From Laetmonice hystrix (lineage: Eukaryota), in the NCBI GenBank assembly GCA_965235115.1, contig OZ249436.1, positions 8,496,001-8,560,000 on the forward strand: DNA of 64,000 nt, in the 5' to 3' direction. Position 1 is the first letter of the stretch, and each line of letters begins with the position of its first letter. Shown in pieces: positions 12,609-27,600 of the stretch. Both the position numbers and the translations under genes were made by a program. Below the pieces are notes generated by a model that worked only from the letters and a program-made list of their open reading frames with translations, was not told the DNA's origin and made no database searches.

Positions 12609-15600
12609 CTGCAAGACAAAAACAGAGGAACAAAATCAAAAACAGGAGAGTGGTATTCCTATCAGTGTCTGTCACTCAACGGCGCCACTTCTCCATACAA
12701 TATAATAAGACGCCTCACAACGCAGATATCCCTGATTTGAGGACTTTGGTGGAGATTTTGCTGGGATCTACGTTAGTAAGACAGGCCCAGGACTCTGGAA
12801 TAAGAATAATCATTATTTCCAATATCAGTTGACGGTAATATACGATACGATATATGAAAAAGGACCATCTATGTCCTAACAAACTTTGATAATGTAGAGC
12901 CTGATTTCACCACGACAAATCCATCCGAAAATAAAAATTTAAAATCAGCTTCAAAAAGACTAAAAAGTCTAAAACAGTTTAACCATCCATTGGGAATCTA
13001 GCCGTCCAGTGCTCCAGTATTAGCTACAGTATATATGGACAGAACTCTGCAATATTTAGTAACTTTCACTGCCGATTTCAGTTTAGATGCAGTGAATAGA
13101 AGCCCGACCAGCCAGGTGTGAACAGCACCTGTGGCACGGACTGGATATGGCATATCCACTAGTTGGAAGTACATGGAAGGGAGGGAATCTTGCCAATCTC
13201 ATGTAATCATTACACTGAATATTGGGAGGGGGGGGGGGCTCTCACCGGTCTCTTTCTCCAAGCTTTTCTACAAATACAACTGAAACCAGAGACGTCACTG
13301 CCAACATCACTGCCAACATCACTTCTTTCAAATTTACGTCCCAGCTGCGCCTGATTGTACATATTCTACAAGGCGGACTAAACTCAAATATCTCCCTGTC
13401 CTGAATACATAATTCATGTACAATAAATAACAAACAGAGCCATCCGTTCAGGACAAATTAATGATGTAGTTCCGTTCAATACACATGGGAAAAAACGAAA
13501 ACAAACTCCAGCTCTCGTCATAACCCACAATCTCGCCAACCGCCTCTCGTGTAACGCTTAAGGTTCATGCGTGCAACCTAATCCTCCATTTCAAGGGTTA
13601 GTTTTTAAAATGTTCCTTCAAAACTACAAGCCACTTCACAAGTAGACCTACATGTAATTTTAATCTGTCGTGCACTGGAAACCAAACCTGCCCAACCGAC
13701 AAGCCTCTCTTGATGAATAACCTTCCTGGCAGAGTAACAATTTAATCATGTTTAAAATGCAGCAAACACTCGTCTTTCAAGATGCTGAACACAGCCGGCT
13801 AGATGACATGTTCAGCCTCATTCTGCTGTACAAGTAGCCATTAGAATGTGACACTGGAATACTATAAATAGGGCGAGCACACGGATACGGCCGTACATGC
13901 GATGTCGTCACCACCTGAAGCTGCGTTAGTATCCCGGAAGGTCGGGCGGTCGGCTGCAGTGACCGACCGTGGCTGCTGGTGGTGTTCTCAATATACACTG
14001 CCAATATCACCTGTCAACACTTGGTTCCTATAATGATACCTTCATTGTACATCGCTGATCATCGATACCTATTCCTGTCCCTCCCCAACCTTCAATGTGC
14101 AGGCAAACAACGCCGTGGATCGTGTTGGACAAGAACAGAGACAGCTAAATATAATTATGTCATGTGAAACCTGGGCTGGACATATTTGTTTTCCTCGTAT
14201 CCACAATCTATGTGAATCATTATTTATTTATATTTATTCAGGGAATTACGTGATTGAGTGTGTGAATTTGAGGTTTTACGCCCTGTCGACAGTATTTCAG
14301 TGATATTCAGGGCAATAGGAACCATTTAATTCAGTCAAGGGACCTATTTTACCCTCGGGTCTCAGGGACTGGGTGGTGATTAGGATAAAGTGAGAAAGAA
14401 ACCAGCCACCGGGAGCCGATACCCTACTCTTTTCGAAAAATGGCAAACAGTGCAGAAAGTTTTCAAGATCCATTTGATGAATTTCAAGGCCCTCAAACCA
14501 ATCTGACCATTTTCAAGACTATTCCAGGCCTTGCAATTTATTTGTCCAAATTCAGGGCTTTTCAAAGCTCCGCGGAAACCTTGTGATACTGGAAGGATGA
14601 AAACCCATCTGTTCCACGCAGATGATTTTGTAATGTGACACTCGACCGCTTCCCCACACCAACCCTCGCCCCGGTTGTCGCCTTTTACGAACAGCCAGGG
14701 GTGGAACTGTGGATAATCATTACTCGTGATCCCCAAAGGGGGCAGGAAAAACAACGATACATCCACACTAAATTATCTGATTTTGACAGAAGAGCGCCAT
14801 GCTATCGCAGCATGAAATATGTATTTGACCTCTTCTGTCTCCCGCGTCATAAACAACATGTTACTGAGAGTCATCCAGACTAAAACCCACTGGCAATCTG
14901 ACCTTGCCACACTCACTGAGCACTGCGTTTTGTCGTTGTCATGAACTAATAGACCTAAAGGTTGGTATTGTCATGATTGTCGGATTTCTGACAGGCGATA
15001 TTTATCAAACGACTTCAGCTCTGACTCCTGCTGGCCACACTTAAATTACCCCAACAGAGCCCAGCACAACCCTTTGCTAAATATGGTTTTATTCAAGCCC
15101 GTCCTATCTCAATTTATGACAATACTGTGGGCGCCATGATCAAATTAAAGACCCCCTCTTCTATTCCACGCTCCGTTCAAACAGGCTCACCATCCAATCC
15201 ACCACCTAACCACCCCACCCTCATGCTGTGACCACCGCCCCCTCATGCTGTGACCACCGCCCCCTCATGCTGTGACCACCGCCCCCTCATGCTGTGACCA
15301 CCGCCCCCTCATGCTGTGACCACCGCCCCCTCATGCTGTGACCACCGCCCCCTCATGCTGTGACCACTGCCCCCTCATGCTGTGACCACCGCCCCCTCAT
15401 GCTGTGACCACCGCCCCCTCATGCTGTGACCACCGCCCCTCATGCTGTGACCACCCCACCCTCATGCTGTGACCACCGCACCCTCATGCTGTGACCACCG
15501 CACTCACTGTGGCCATTGGCACTGGTTCAGCGTCCGCAAGAAACTGTTTTGTGGATTCAAGTTTCCGTCGTCACAGAACAACCAATTACACGTCTCCTTT

Positions 15601-18600
15601 CAAACTTCTGCGGCCATTTGATTTCAGTTCCCAACGAAAGCGCCCCCATGCGGCGTCCTGATTGGTGGCCACTACGTCATTCTATGATCAGTCAATGGTT
15701 CAAAATCACGTCATCGACTTAGTCTGCACGGTTACCCGGCCCGACTATCCACTAAGAAAACTGCCAGGCTGACAGGCAGCTACCCCCACTCATCGATAAA
15801 AACCATCCCAACACAAATTTGGTCATTATAAGCTTGCCTGGCATAGCTTGGAAGAAAAATGGAAGATTTTCCCTCAAACGCAGCCACGTGAAATCTTAAA
15901 TGAGCTGGATGGCCTTCAGCGCATTGCGAAATCACTCTCTCATCAAGCGACCGAAACACACCCTGATGAGTATCTTCTTTCAGCCCCAGCAGATGGTAAT
16001 GATGATGAGCAGACGATATTTTTCGCTATCTCGCGTTATAGACACACTTAGACGGCCATTCTATATTGCTGATTATTTCCCTTGCTAATCACCGATTACG
16101 CATGAATAATCTGAACATTCTAAAAATGCACCTGATTAAACGTAATTATGGGAATCAGAAGGTGTGGTCGTTGTTCTTTCCCCTGCGCCAGTTACCACAC
16201 CCAACAGGTGAGGAGCGAGCAAGGCGCAACCTCGGGACATGCAGCCTTGCCACACCTACCTTGCAATCTGAGGCCTAACGTAGTTCTCTATGTGAGAAAA
16301 CAATAACGACTTTACTATAGCCGTATACAGATGGTTAACAGGTGGAAAATCAGGATTGTCCAGAGTGGATCCTACACGAATCTGGCCTGTCCAGAGTGGA
16401 TCCTACACCAATCAGGTCTGTCCAGAGTGGATCCTACACCAATCTGGTCTGTCCAGAGTGGATCCTACACCAATCTGGCCTGTCCAGAGTGGATCCTACA
16501 CCAATCTGGTCTGTCCAGAGTGGATCCTACACCAATCTGGTCTGTCCAGAGTGGATCCTACACCAATCTGGCCTGTCCAGAGTGGATCCTACACCAATCT
16601 GGTCTGTCCAGAGTGGATCCTACACCAATCTGGTCTGTCCAGAGTGGATCCTACACCAATCTGGTCTGTCCACAGTGGATCCTACACCAATCTGGTCTGT
16701 CCAGAGTGGATTACCAATCTGGTCTGTCCAGAGTGAATCCTACACCAATCTGGTCTGTCCAGAGTGGATCCTACACCAATCTGGTCTGTCCACAGTGGAT
16801 CCTACACCAATCTGGTCTGTCCAGAGTGGATCCTACACCAATCTGGTCTGTCCAGAGTGGATCCTACACCAATCTGGTCTGTCCAGAGTGGATCACCAAT
16901 CTGGCCTGTCCAGAGTGGATCCTACACCAATCTGGTCTGTCCAGAGTGGATCCTACACCAATCTGGTCTGTCCAGAGTGGATCCTACACCAATCTGGTCT
17001 GTCCAGAGTGGATCCTACACCAATCTGGTCTGTCCAGAGTGGATCCTACACCAATCTGGTCTGTCCAGAGTGGATCACCAATCTGGTCTGTCCAGAGTGG
17101 ATCCTACACCAATCTGGTCTGTCCAGAGTGGATCACCAATCTGGTCTGTCCAGAGTGGATCCTACACCAATCTGGTCTGTCCAGAGTGGATCCTACACCA
17201 ATCTGGTCTGTCCAAAGTGGATCACCAATCTGGCCTGTCCAGAGTGGATCCTACACCAATCTGGTCTGTCCAGAGTGGATCCTACACCAATCTGGTCTGT
17301 CCAGAGTGGATCCTACACCAATCTGGTCTGTCCAGAGTGGATCCTACACCAATCTGGTCTGTCCAGAGTGGATCCTACACCAATCTGGTCTGTCCAGAGT
17401 GGATCCTAGACCAATCTGGTCTGTCCAGAGTGGATCACCAATCTGGTCTGTCCAGTGTGGATCCTACACCAATCTGGTCTGTCCAGAGTGGATCACCAAT
17501 CTGGTCTGTCCAGAGTGGATCCTACACCAATCTGGTCTGTCCAGAGTGGATCCTACACCAATCTGGTCTGTCCAGAGTGGATCCTACATCAATCTGGTCT
17601 GTCCAGAGTGGATCCTACACCAATCTGGTCTGTCCAGAGTGGATCCTACACCAATCTGGTCTGTCCAGAGTGGATCCTACACCAATCTGGTCTGTTAAGA
17701 GTGGATCACCAATCTGGCCTGTCCAGAGTGGATCCTACACCAATCTGGTCTGTCCAGAGTGGATCCTACACCAATCTGGTCTGTCCAGAGTGGATCCTAC
17801 ACCAATCTGGTCTGCCCAGAGTGGATCCTACACCAATCTGGTCTGTCCAGAGTGGATCACCAATCAGGTCTGTCCAGAGTGGATCCTACACCAATCTGGT
17901 CTGTCCAGAGTGGATCCTACACCAATCTGGTCTGTCCAGAGTGGATCCTACAACAATCTGGTCTGTCCACAGTGGATCACCAATCAGGTCTGTCCAGAGT
18001 GGATCCTACACCAATCTGGTCTGTCCAGAGTGGATCACCAATCAGGTCTGTCCAGAGTGGATCCTACACCAATCTGGTCTGTCCAGAGTGGATCCTACAC
18101 CAATCTGGTCTGTCCAGAGTGGATCCTACACCAATCTGGTCTGTCCAGAGTGGATCCTACACCAATCTGGTCTGTCCAGAGTGGATCCTACATCAATCTG
18201 GTCTGTCCAGAGTGGATCCTACACCAATCTGGCCTGTCCAGAGTGGATCCTACACCAATCTGGCCTGTCCAGAGTGGATCCTACACCAATCTGGTCTGTC
18301 CAGAGTGGATCCTACACCAATCTGGTCTGTCCAGAGTGGATCCTACACCAATCTGGTCTGTCCAGAGTGGATCCTACACCAATCTGGTCTGTCCAGAGTG
18401 GATCCTACACCAATCTGGTCTGTCCAGAGTGGATCCTACACCAATCTGGTCTGTCCAGAGTGGATCACCAATCTGGCCTGTCCAGAGTGGATCCTACACC
18501 AATCTGGTCTGTCCAGAGTGGATCCTACACCAATCTGGTCTGTCCAGAGTGGATCCTACACCAATCTGGTCTGCCCAGAGTGGATCCTACACCAATCTGG

Positions 18601-21600
18601 TCTGTCCAGAGTGGATCCCCAATCAGGTCTGTCCAGAGTGGATCCTACACCAATCTGGTCTGTCCAGAGTGGATCCTACACCAATCTGGTCTGTCCAGAG
18701 TGGATCCTACAACAATCTGGTCTGTCCACAGTGGATCACCAATCAGGTCTGTCCAGAGTGGATCCTACACCAATCTGGTCTGTCCAGAGTGGATCACCAA
18801 TCAGGTCTGTCCAGAGTGGATCCTACACCAATCTGGTCTGTCCAGAGTGGATCCTACACCAATCTGGTCTGTCCAGAGTGGATCCTACACCAATCTGGTC
18901 TGTCCAGAGTGGATCCTACATCAATCTGGTCTGTCCAGAGTGGATCCTACACCAATCTGGCCTGTCCAGAGTGGATCCTACACCAATCTGGCCTGTCCAG
19001 AGTGGATCCTACACCAATCTGGTCTGTCCAGAGTGGATCCTACACCAATCTGGTCTGTCCAGAGTGGATCCTACACCAATCTGGTCTGTCCAGAGTGGAT
19101 CCTACACCAATCTGGTCTGTCCAGAGTGGATCCTACACCAATCTGCTCTGTCCACAGTGAATCCTACACCAATCTGGTCTGTCCAGAGTGGATCACCAAT
19201 CAGGTCTGTCCAGAGTGGATCCTACACCAATCTGGTCTGTCCAGAGTGGATCCTACACCAATCTGGTCTGTCCAGAGTGGATCCTACACCAATCTGGTCT
19301 GTCCAGAGTGGATCCTACACCAATCTGGTCTGTCCAGAGTGGATCCTACACCAATCTGGTCTGTCCAGAGTGGATCACCAATCAGGTCTGTCCAGAGTGG
19401 ATCCTACACCAATCTGGTCTGTCCAGAGTGGATCCTACACCAATCTGGTCTGTCCAGAGTGGATCCTACACCAATCTGGTCTGTCCAGAGTGGATCCTAC
19501 ACCAATCTGGTCTGTCCAGAGTGGATCCTACATCAATCTGGTCTGTCCAGAGTGGATCCTACACCAATCTGGCCTGTCCAGAGTGGATCCTACACCAATC
19601 TGGCCTGTCCAGAGTGGATCCTACACCAATCTGGTCTGTCCAGAGTGGATCCTACACCAATCTGGTCTGTCCAGAGTGGATCCTACACCAATCTGGTCTG
19701 TCCAGAGTGGATCCTACACCAATCTGGTCTGTCCAGAGTGGATCCTACACCAATCTGGTCTGTCCAGAGTGGATCCTACACCAATCTGGTCTGTCCAGAG
19801 TGGATCACCAATCTGGCCTGTCCAGAGTGGATCCTACACCAATCTGGTCTGTCCAGAGTGGATCCTACACCAATCTGGTCTGTCCAGAGTGGATCCTACA
19901 CCAATCTGGTCTGCCCAGAGTGGATCCTACACCAATCTGGTCTGTCCAGAGTGGATCACCAATCAGGTCTGTCCAGAGTGGATCCTACACCAATCTGGTC
20001 TGTCCAGAGTGGATCCTACACCAATCTGGTCTGTCCAGAGTGGATCCTACAACAATCTGGTCTGTCCACAGTGGATCACCAATCAGGTCTGTCCAGAGTG
20101 GATCCTACACCAATCTGGTCTGTCCAGAGTGGATCACCAATCAGGTCTGTCCAGAGTGGATCCTACACCAATCTGGTCTGTCCAGAGTGGATCCTACACC
20201 AATCTGGTCTGTCCAGAGTGGATCCTACACCAATCTGGTCTGTCCAGAGTGGATCCTACATCAATCTGGTCTGTCCAGAGTGGATCCTACACCAATCTGG
20301 CCTGTCCAGAGTGGATCCTACACCAATCTGGCCTGTCCAGAGTGGATCCTACACCAATCTGGTCTGTCCAGAGTGGATCCTACACCAATCTGGTCTGTCC
20401 AGAGTGGATCCTACACCAATCTGGTCTGTCCAGAGTGGATCCTACACCAATCTGGTCTGTCCAGAGTGGATCCTACACCAATCTGCTCTGTCCACAGTGA
20501 ATCCTACACCAATCTGGTCTGTCCAGAGTGGATCACCAATCAGGTCTGTCCAGAGTGGATCCTACACCAATCTGGTCTGTCCAGAGTGGATCCTACACCA
20601 ATCTGGTCTGTCCAGAGTGGATCCTACACCAATCTGGTCTGTCCAGAGTGGATCCTACACCAATCTGGTCTGTCCAGAGTGGATCCTACACCAATCTGGT
20701 CTGTCCAGAGTGGATCACCAATCAGGTCTGTCCAGAGTGGATCCTACACCAATCTGGTCTGTCCAGAGTGGATCCTACACCAATCTGGTCTGTCCAGAGT
20801 GGATCCTACACCAATCTGGTCTGTCCAGAGTGGATCCTACACCAATCTGGTCTGTCCAGAGTGGATCCTACATCAATCTGGTCTGTCCAGAGTGGATCCT
20901 ACACCAATCTGGCCTGTCCAGAGTGGATCCTACACCAATCTGGCCTGTCCAGAGTGGATCCTACACCAATCTGGTCTGTCCAGAGTGGATCCTACACCAA
21001 TCTGGTCTGTCCAGAGTGGATCCTACACCAATCTGGTCTGTCCAGAGTGGATCCTACACCAATCTGGTCTGTCCAGAGTGGATCCTACACCAATCTGGTC
21101 TGTCCAGAGTGGATCCTACACCAATCTGGTCTGTCCAGAGTGGATCACCAATCTGGCCTGTCCAGAGTGGATCCTACACCAATCTGGTCTGTCCAGAGTG
21201 GATCCTACACCAATCTGGTCTGTCCAGAGTGGATCCTACACCAATCTGGTCTGCCCAGAGTGGATCCTACACCAATCTGGTCTGTCCAGAGTGGATCACC
21301 AATCAGGTCTGTCCAGAGTGGATCCTACACCAATCTGGTCTGTCCAGAGTGGATCCTACACCAATCTGGTCTGTCCAGAGTGGATCCTACAACAATCTGG
21401 TCTGTCCACAGTGGATCACCAATCAGGTCTGTCCAGAGTGGATCCTACACCAATCTGGTCTGTCCAGAGTGGATCACCAATCAGGTCTGTCCAGAGTGGA
21501 TCCTACACCAATCTGGTCTGTCCAGAGTGGATCCTACACCAATCTGGTCTGTCCAGAGTGGATCCTACACCAATCTGGTCTGTCCAGAGTGGATCCTACA

Positions 21601-24600
21601 TCAATCTGGTCTGTCCAGAGTGGATCCTACACCAATCTGGCCTGTCCAGAGTGGATCCTACACCAATCTGGCCTGTCCAGAGTGGATCCTACACCAATCT
21701 GGTCTGTCCAGAGTGGATCCTACACCAATCTGGTCTGTCCAGAGTGGATCCTACACCAATCTGGTCTGTCCAGAGTGGATCCTACACCAATCTGGTCTGT
21801 CCAGAGTGGATCCTACACCAATCTGCTCTGTCCACAGTGAATCCTACACCAATCTGGTCTGTCCAGAGTGGATCACCAATCAGGTCTGTCCAGAGTGGAT
21901 CCTACACCAATCTGGTCTGTCCAGAGTGGATCCTACACCAATCTGGTCTGTCCAGAGTGGATCCTACACCAATCTGGTCTGTCCAGAGTGGATCCTACAC
22001 CAATCTGGTCTGTCCAGAGTGGATCCTACACCAATCTGGTCTGTCCAGAGTGGATCCTACACCAATCTGGTCTGTTCCAGAGTGGATCCTACACCAATCT
22101 GGTCTGTCCAGGGTGGATCCTACACCAATCTGGTCTGTCCAGGGTGGATCCTACACCAATCTGGTCTGTCCAGAGTGGATCGGGTTAAAACATTCCGTCT
22201 GAATTCAAACACAGCTACCGGGTTAAAACATTCCGTCTCAATTCAAACACAGCTACCGGGTTAAAACATTCCGTCTGAATTCAAACACAGCTACCGGGTT
22301 AAAACATTCCGTCTGAATTCAAACAAAGCTACCGGGTTAAAACATTCCGTCTCAATTCAAACACAGCTACCGGGTTAAAACATTCCGTCTCAATTCAAAC
22401 ACAGCTACCGGGTTAAAACATTCCGTCTCAATTGAAACACAGCTACCGGGTTAAAACATTCCGTCTGAATTCAAACACAGCTACCGGGTTAAAACATTCC
22501 GTCTGAATTCAAACACAGCTACCGGGTTAAAACATTCCGTCTCAATTCAAACACAGCTACCGGGTTAAAACATTCCGTCTCAATTTAAACACAGCTACCG
22601 GGTTAAAACATTCCGTCTCAATTGAAACACAGCTACCGGGTTAAAACATTCCGTCTGAATTCAAACACAGCTACCGGGTTAAAACATTCCATCTGAATTC
22701 AAACACAGCTACCGGGTTAAAACCTTCCGTCTGAATTCAAACACAGCTACCGGGTTAAAACATTCCGTCTGAATTCAAACACAGCTACCGGGTTAAAACA
22801 TTCCGTCTCAATTCAAACACAGCTACCGGGTTAAAACATTCCGTCTCAATTCAAACACAGCTACCGGGTTAAAACATTCCGTCTGAATTCAAACACAGCT
22901 ACCGGGTTAAAACATTGCGTGTGAATTTAAACACAGCTACCGGGTTAAAACATTCCGTCTGAATTCAAACACAGCTACCGGGTTAAAACATTCCGTCTGA
23001 ATTCAAACACAGCGTTTAGTAGAATTACACGGGCTGAAGTAATCGGATACCTCTTCTATTTACAAAACAATCAGAGAGCGTACGGCAGATACAAAACAAG
23101 ATGTAAACACGAAATAAACTCGGGGGGGGGGGGAGGAGCTACGCTGACGTTAGGTTATAACCCTTCCCTTATATCTCTCTGCTATTTTCGTATTCTCCTG
23201 TTTGATTCGCCCGTAGAACCCAATACATGTATTGGTGTTTATATTGAGGACCTTCTAGGGGCGTACCTAGGGTTTTTTTATGTGTACGGAGCAGATGTTG
23301 GGTTAGGGTTGGAGTTAATGGGTATGGGTTAACACTAATAACCCTTTTATTAAAGGCAGGGCAAATAAGGTTTCGTAGACCAAATGAAACACCAGCATTT
23401 ACCTCAGGGCAATAAATGAGACAATTACGTTGTCTGAAAGAAGTAATTAACGTATAACTGCCCGATGTGTGACGCCGCTGGTTCTACTTCTGTGTTCAAC
23501 ACCTCGGACGCTTACATCGTGTAGACAAGGTCTGTGAGCAGAGTAACACGTAATGTTACGCAATACGCCGCGGTGTGCAGCATTCGGCTCTGATGAACAC
23601 ACAAGAAGGTCAAGGTAAGAACCAGCGGCGTCACATATCGGGCGGTGACACGTTAATTACTTCATTCAGACAACGAAATTGTGGGATTTATTGCCCTGAG
23701 GTAAATGCTGGTGTTCCATTTGGTCTACGAAACCTTATTTGCCGTGGGTGTTTACCCTGCCTTGGGTAGTCCCGCGCGTCTTGGCGTATGGCTATGTACG
23801 CCCCTGCCGTCCATGTTTCCAGTTTTATCTCAAAACACTGGCTAATACATCAGGAAATTTACGACTATGTAGAACACTTAGCAGAAATATGGCGATCCCT
23901 ACGATAGCGACATTGATAATGCAGACCGGGAGATCGCCAAGCAACCTAAGCCTCGCGACAGGCGAACCCGCCATCCTCCTAATACCAACACCACCACCAC
24001 CCCTACGATTACACCTATAGTAGAGAAAGTAAAGAAAGCTGTGATTCCTTTGACGGTTGACATGACAAGAAATGTGCGTTTTTGTGCGGATCGGGTCATG
24101 GCGGCCCAGTTTTCGCTCTGGTCGGGGCTCCGGCCTACTTCAAACACCTTTCGCCACCAGGTCGCGCTTCCCATCTACCGCGGACCTCGTTATAAAATCG
24201 TGGTGAAGCGGGCCTGTGATCCACATAATCAGGCTGTCAGTCATCGCCAACGGCAGGGGCCTTGTGGAACGATGTGCCTTTGGTGCTCCCTACCCATTCA
24301 ATATACAATGAGATCGGCAGCCACAATATCATCTTTGAGCTTCTTGCTTTGGCAGTCACTCAAGCCATGCGAAATCAGCGCGAGTGTACGGAAGATAAAG
24401 GTTTACACTGATTGTATGCTCACATACCATCGGTACTCATTATCCAACCCGTAAGTTATAGAGTAAGGGCTAAAAAACATATATTCATTTACTCTTTAGT
24501 TTAAAATGCCATCGGGTGGGGTGGGGGGTGGGGATTTTGGCCATCTCGGGGGACCGGGGTGGGGTGGGGTGGGGGTAATTCCCAAAATACCTCTTTTTCT

Positions 24601-27600
24601 ATATAAAAAAAGTTTATTTTTTTATATACATTCTTTGACCTAGGCCTATTTATCATATGACTGTTTCTCACTCAGTGATCAAAAGTTACTCAGCTACTGA
24701 CTGAAGTAGGTTAATTGCTGAACTAACAAAGAACCGGAAGTTTAGGGGGTGATATTAACAGATCTAGCACAAAGCAAACCGAAGCCAACAACACAAAGTT
24801 CATCTGTGGCTTTGGCTTCACTTCTCAGAACAGACAAAAGTTAGGAACTACCTCATCATTCTATAAACAAACAATACAGAATCACAATACGCACTTTGTC
24901 GGACATCTTGATAACATATTGATTCTCTGTGTGTGAAGTTTCTTACTATGACTTATCGTGTAGGCGCACTATAAATAGGCCTAGGGACGGCAGAAACTGC
25001 TGGCACTGCACAAAGCAGTTAACGGCGCTGCCCCTAGTGACAAAGTATACTTGACGACTCTTTCTCAAGAGTTCTTTGTCTGAATGGTATTGGCACGAAC
25101 AGCTGTTATCAAATCAAGACATTCTGTAGACGGCTCTGAAGCAAATAGTTCAATAAAGTTCAATACCACTCGTCTTCCAACACATTCCCAAATTAGGTCG
25201 AGCCTCCCCCCAACCGTGCCGCCCAAACAACAATCCACATACAATTCAGCTGTGGTTGCTTGCAGAAGGACAATTGGTTCAGCGCTCTTCAGCATTAATC
25301 AACCAGACACTTCAACCATTGTCATATCGACGAATGCGTCGTATATAGCCGCCAGATGAGATCACAACGAGTGGGTGATCAAGCCCACTGCTCATGCGCA
25401 AAACAGTGATGACGTTGCAAAAAAATCATGACGTTGCTGCTGTCTCATTAATTTCCACACAGCCCAGCAGGTCAACATTACAGCGAGTAATAATTCCTCA
25501 TTTTTTATCCCTTCCGTCAGTAGCTGATGCCTTCATTATGCAGATTTATAAATGCTTTCAAACATCCCTACTGAACGCTACAGTAAGCGATCCTGAAATT
25601 GGTGACACATGCTTTAAATATCAGCTTTAACTTTCTTGGCCTTTTTGGCCTGGTCCTTCTCCCGAAAGCAGAACATTCTAGTAATCTCGTAAGAAAGTTG
25701 TGGCAGCAGAGAATGTGAGCGAGTGAGTGAGATACAGCAACTGGAAAATGCCTAATCCGGCGCTGGTGTACCAAAGCATATATTTTCATTGACATATACT
25801 CGTTTATGCTGTACTATCGTTTATCATACCAAGGTTGGTGCCATTCCTGTTCAGGGCTGGGCGGGGGTCTGTGGTCTGTTCTATGTGGTCGTGCCATCTG
25901 CACTGTGTTGGCTTAGATACTTAATAGCCCGACCAGATTTGGAGTGTTTTAGGTCTGCTCTATAATTCATTACATGAATCATGTCTGCACTTACCGGGCC
26001 CCATTTTGTCCTTACCATTGCAAGCGTCACATCAAGGATTTCTATTTCTAGGTACCACTTTGATGAGAACTGGTTTTTGACATGGCTTGTGGTCGCCTGA
26101 ACCACAGTGAGGGTCATATTTTGACGGTCAGTGTGACTGGTGAAGGGGGGGGGGGGTTACCTATTTTGTGACAAGTATGTGATACAAACCTTCTCATCTA
26201 GTTTCTATTACCCTAATTAACTTTGTCACTTGGGGCAGCGTCGTGAAATCTTCACACCCTCAAGCAGGTATTGTATCATACACGGTGCACATATATGTGA
26301 GAAATGATAAATCATATATAGTTTTTTTTCTCAGATTAAAACAGTCTTCTATCTCACTGCCTGTGTGTAGAAGGTCCATGATATTACTACCATATCAACG
26401 CGTAGGGGAAAGGCTCAGAGAATAGTACTCGAGCAACCTGCTCGTGATGCCCTCTCCGTAACTGATCCAACTAATTGTTACTGCCTTCTCTTCCATCAGG
26501 ATGATTTTCAGGTGGTTTTGGTATACTCCCCTCCCCCTCCCTCCCACAAACCACTATACCATCCCCGCAGGCTCCAAGCATACCCACCCACCCATGCGTC
26601 TGCTCCAGGCGACAGTCCCTGCATGCATCCACCGCCGAGCGGCTGCAACCCAAGCACTGACAGCACCATCTCAATATTACCGGCTACATGTCAACCAGCG
26701 TTCACAATGGTCGACTGCGTCTGTCAAACCCTTATAGTTTTCGTAATGAGAGCAATCTGGAAGTTTAAAATAACCTGGCCACGATAATTTACATAACAGA
26801 TGAAGGACATGAATGATTGCACAAAATAAATAGTAACACGGTTCAAGTCGTAAATTGCCAGCCAGAGCTTTGAACCAGCACTCCTGTCAGCAAGCTTCAT
26901 TATTTACGGCGACTCGATCAATACGCAAAGCAGATTAGGGAGAATACCAAAGCAACATTTCGTGCCAGACATCATTTTATGAGATGGACATTCGGCATGG
27001 TCATCATAGCACAGCATGAGTACAGTTCGGTGAAGCACTGACCAACTATTGACTCTATCCAACCATCAACCATCATCAACTGCCATTTCTGAAGTGGAAG
27101 CTAAAGATGCGGTTAAAGTATTTGTTAAAAATCGTCTAAAACATACTCAAAACACTTATCTCCAATGAATACCTGTGGATTAATTGAAATGTTTGGAACC
27201 ATACCAGCTCTGCCGCTTTTATTCCCTCCCAGTACGTACCACTATAGCCGGTTCTCCACCCCGTCACGCCGCCCACCCCTCCCGTTAAATACCTGGATGT
27301 TTAAGGCACCATCTTTCACTGATAACGTAAACAAAGTGTCCATGTTTCAGGATTTGACAGGTTAGTGGCCAGTCGGTAGTAAACCATTCTATACGTGCCA
27401 CGCCACCCTTTTAGCCGTCACCCATCTTGCTGCATGAAGATCTTTTGGGTTGTATCTGATGAGGAGCTTTAAAAGGCACCGCTTCCTTTGGTAGTTTGGA
27501 ACGGGCCGCCTGACCGTGCCTTTTTGTTGGTACCTGTCTCTGCCTACTCTAGGGTAAGATCCTAGCCATCTGAGCCCCACTCCACGGCCTCGTGCGGCGC

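Noticed and set aside
14357..14368. 12-nt match to miR-125 (TCCCTGAGACCC, minus strand)
   Set aside because: The rest of the mature sequence and a precursor hairpin are absent; it lies at the end of a SINE-like fragment.
15950..15975. GAAA...CTGATGAG hammerhead-like core
   Set aside because: The spacing is too short to form stems I and III.
16331..22264. Very long ORFs (up to 1461 aa) in all three plus frames
   Set aside because: They are translations of a stop-free 31-bp satellite that cycles through frames. No domain, antisense within an intron.
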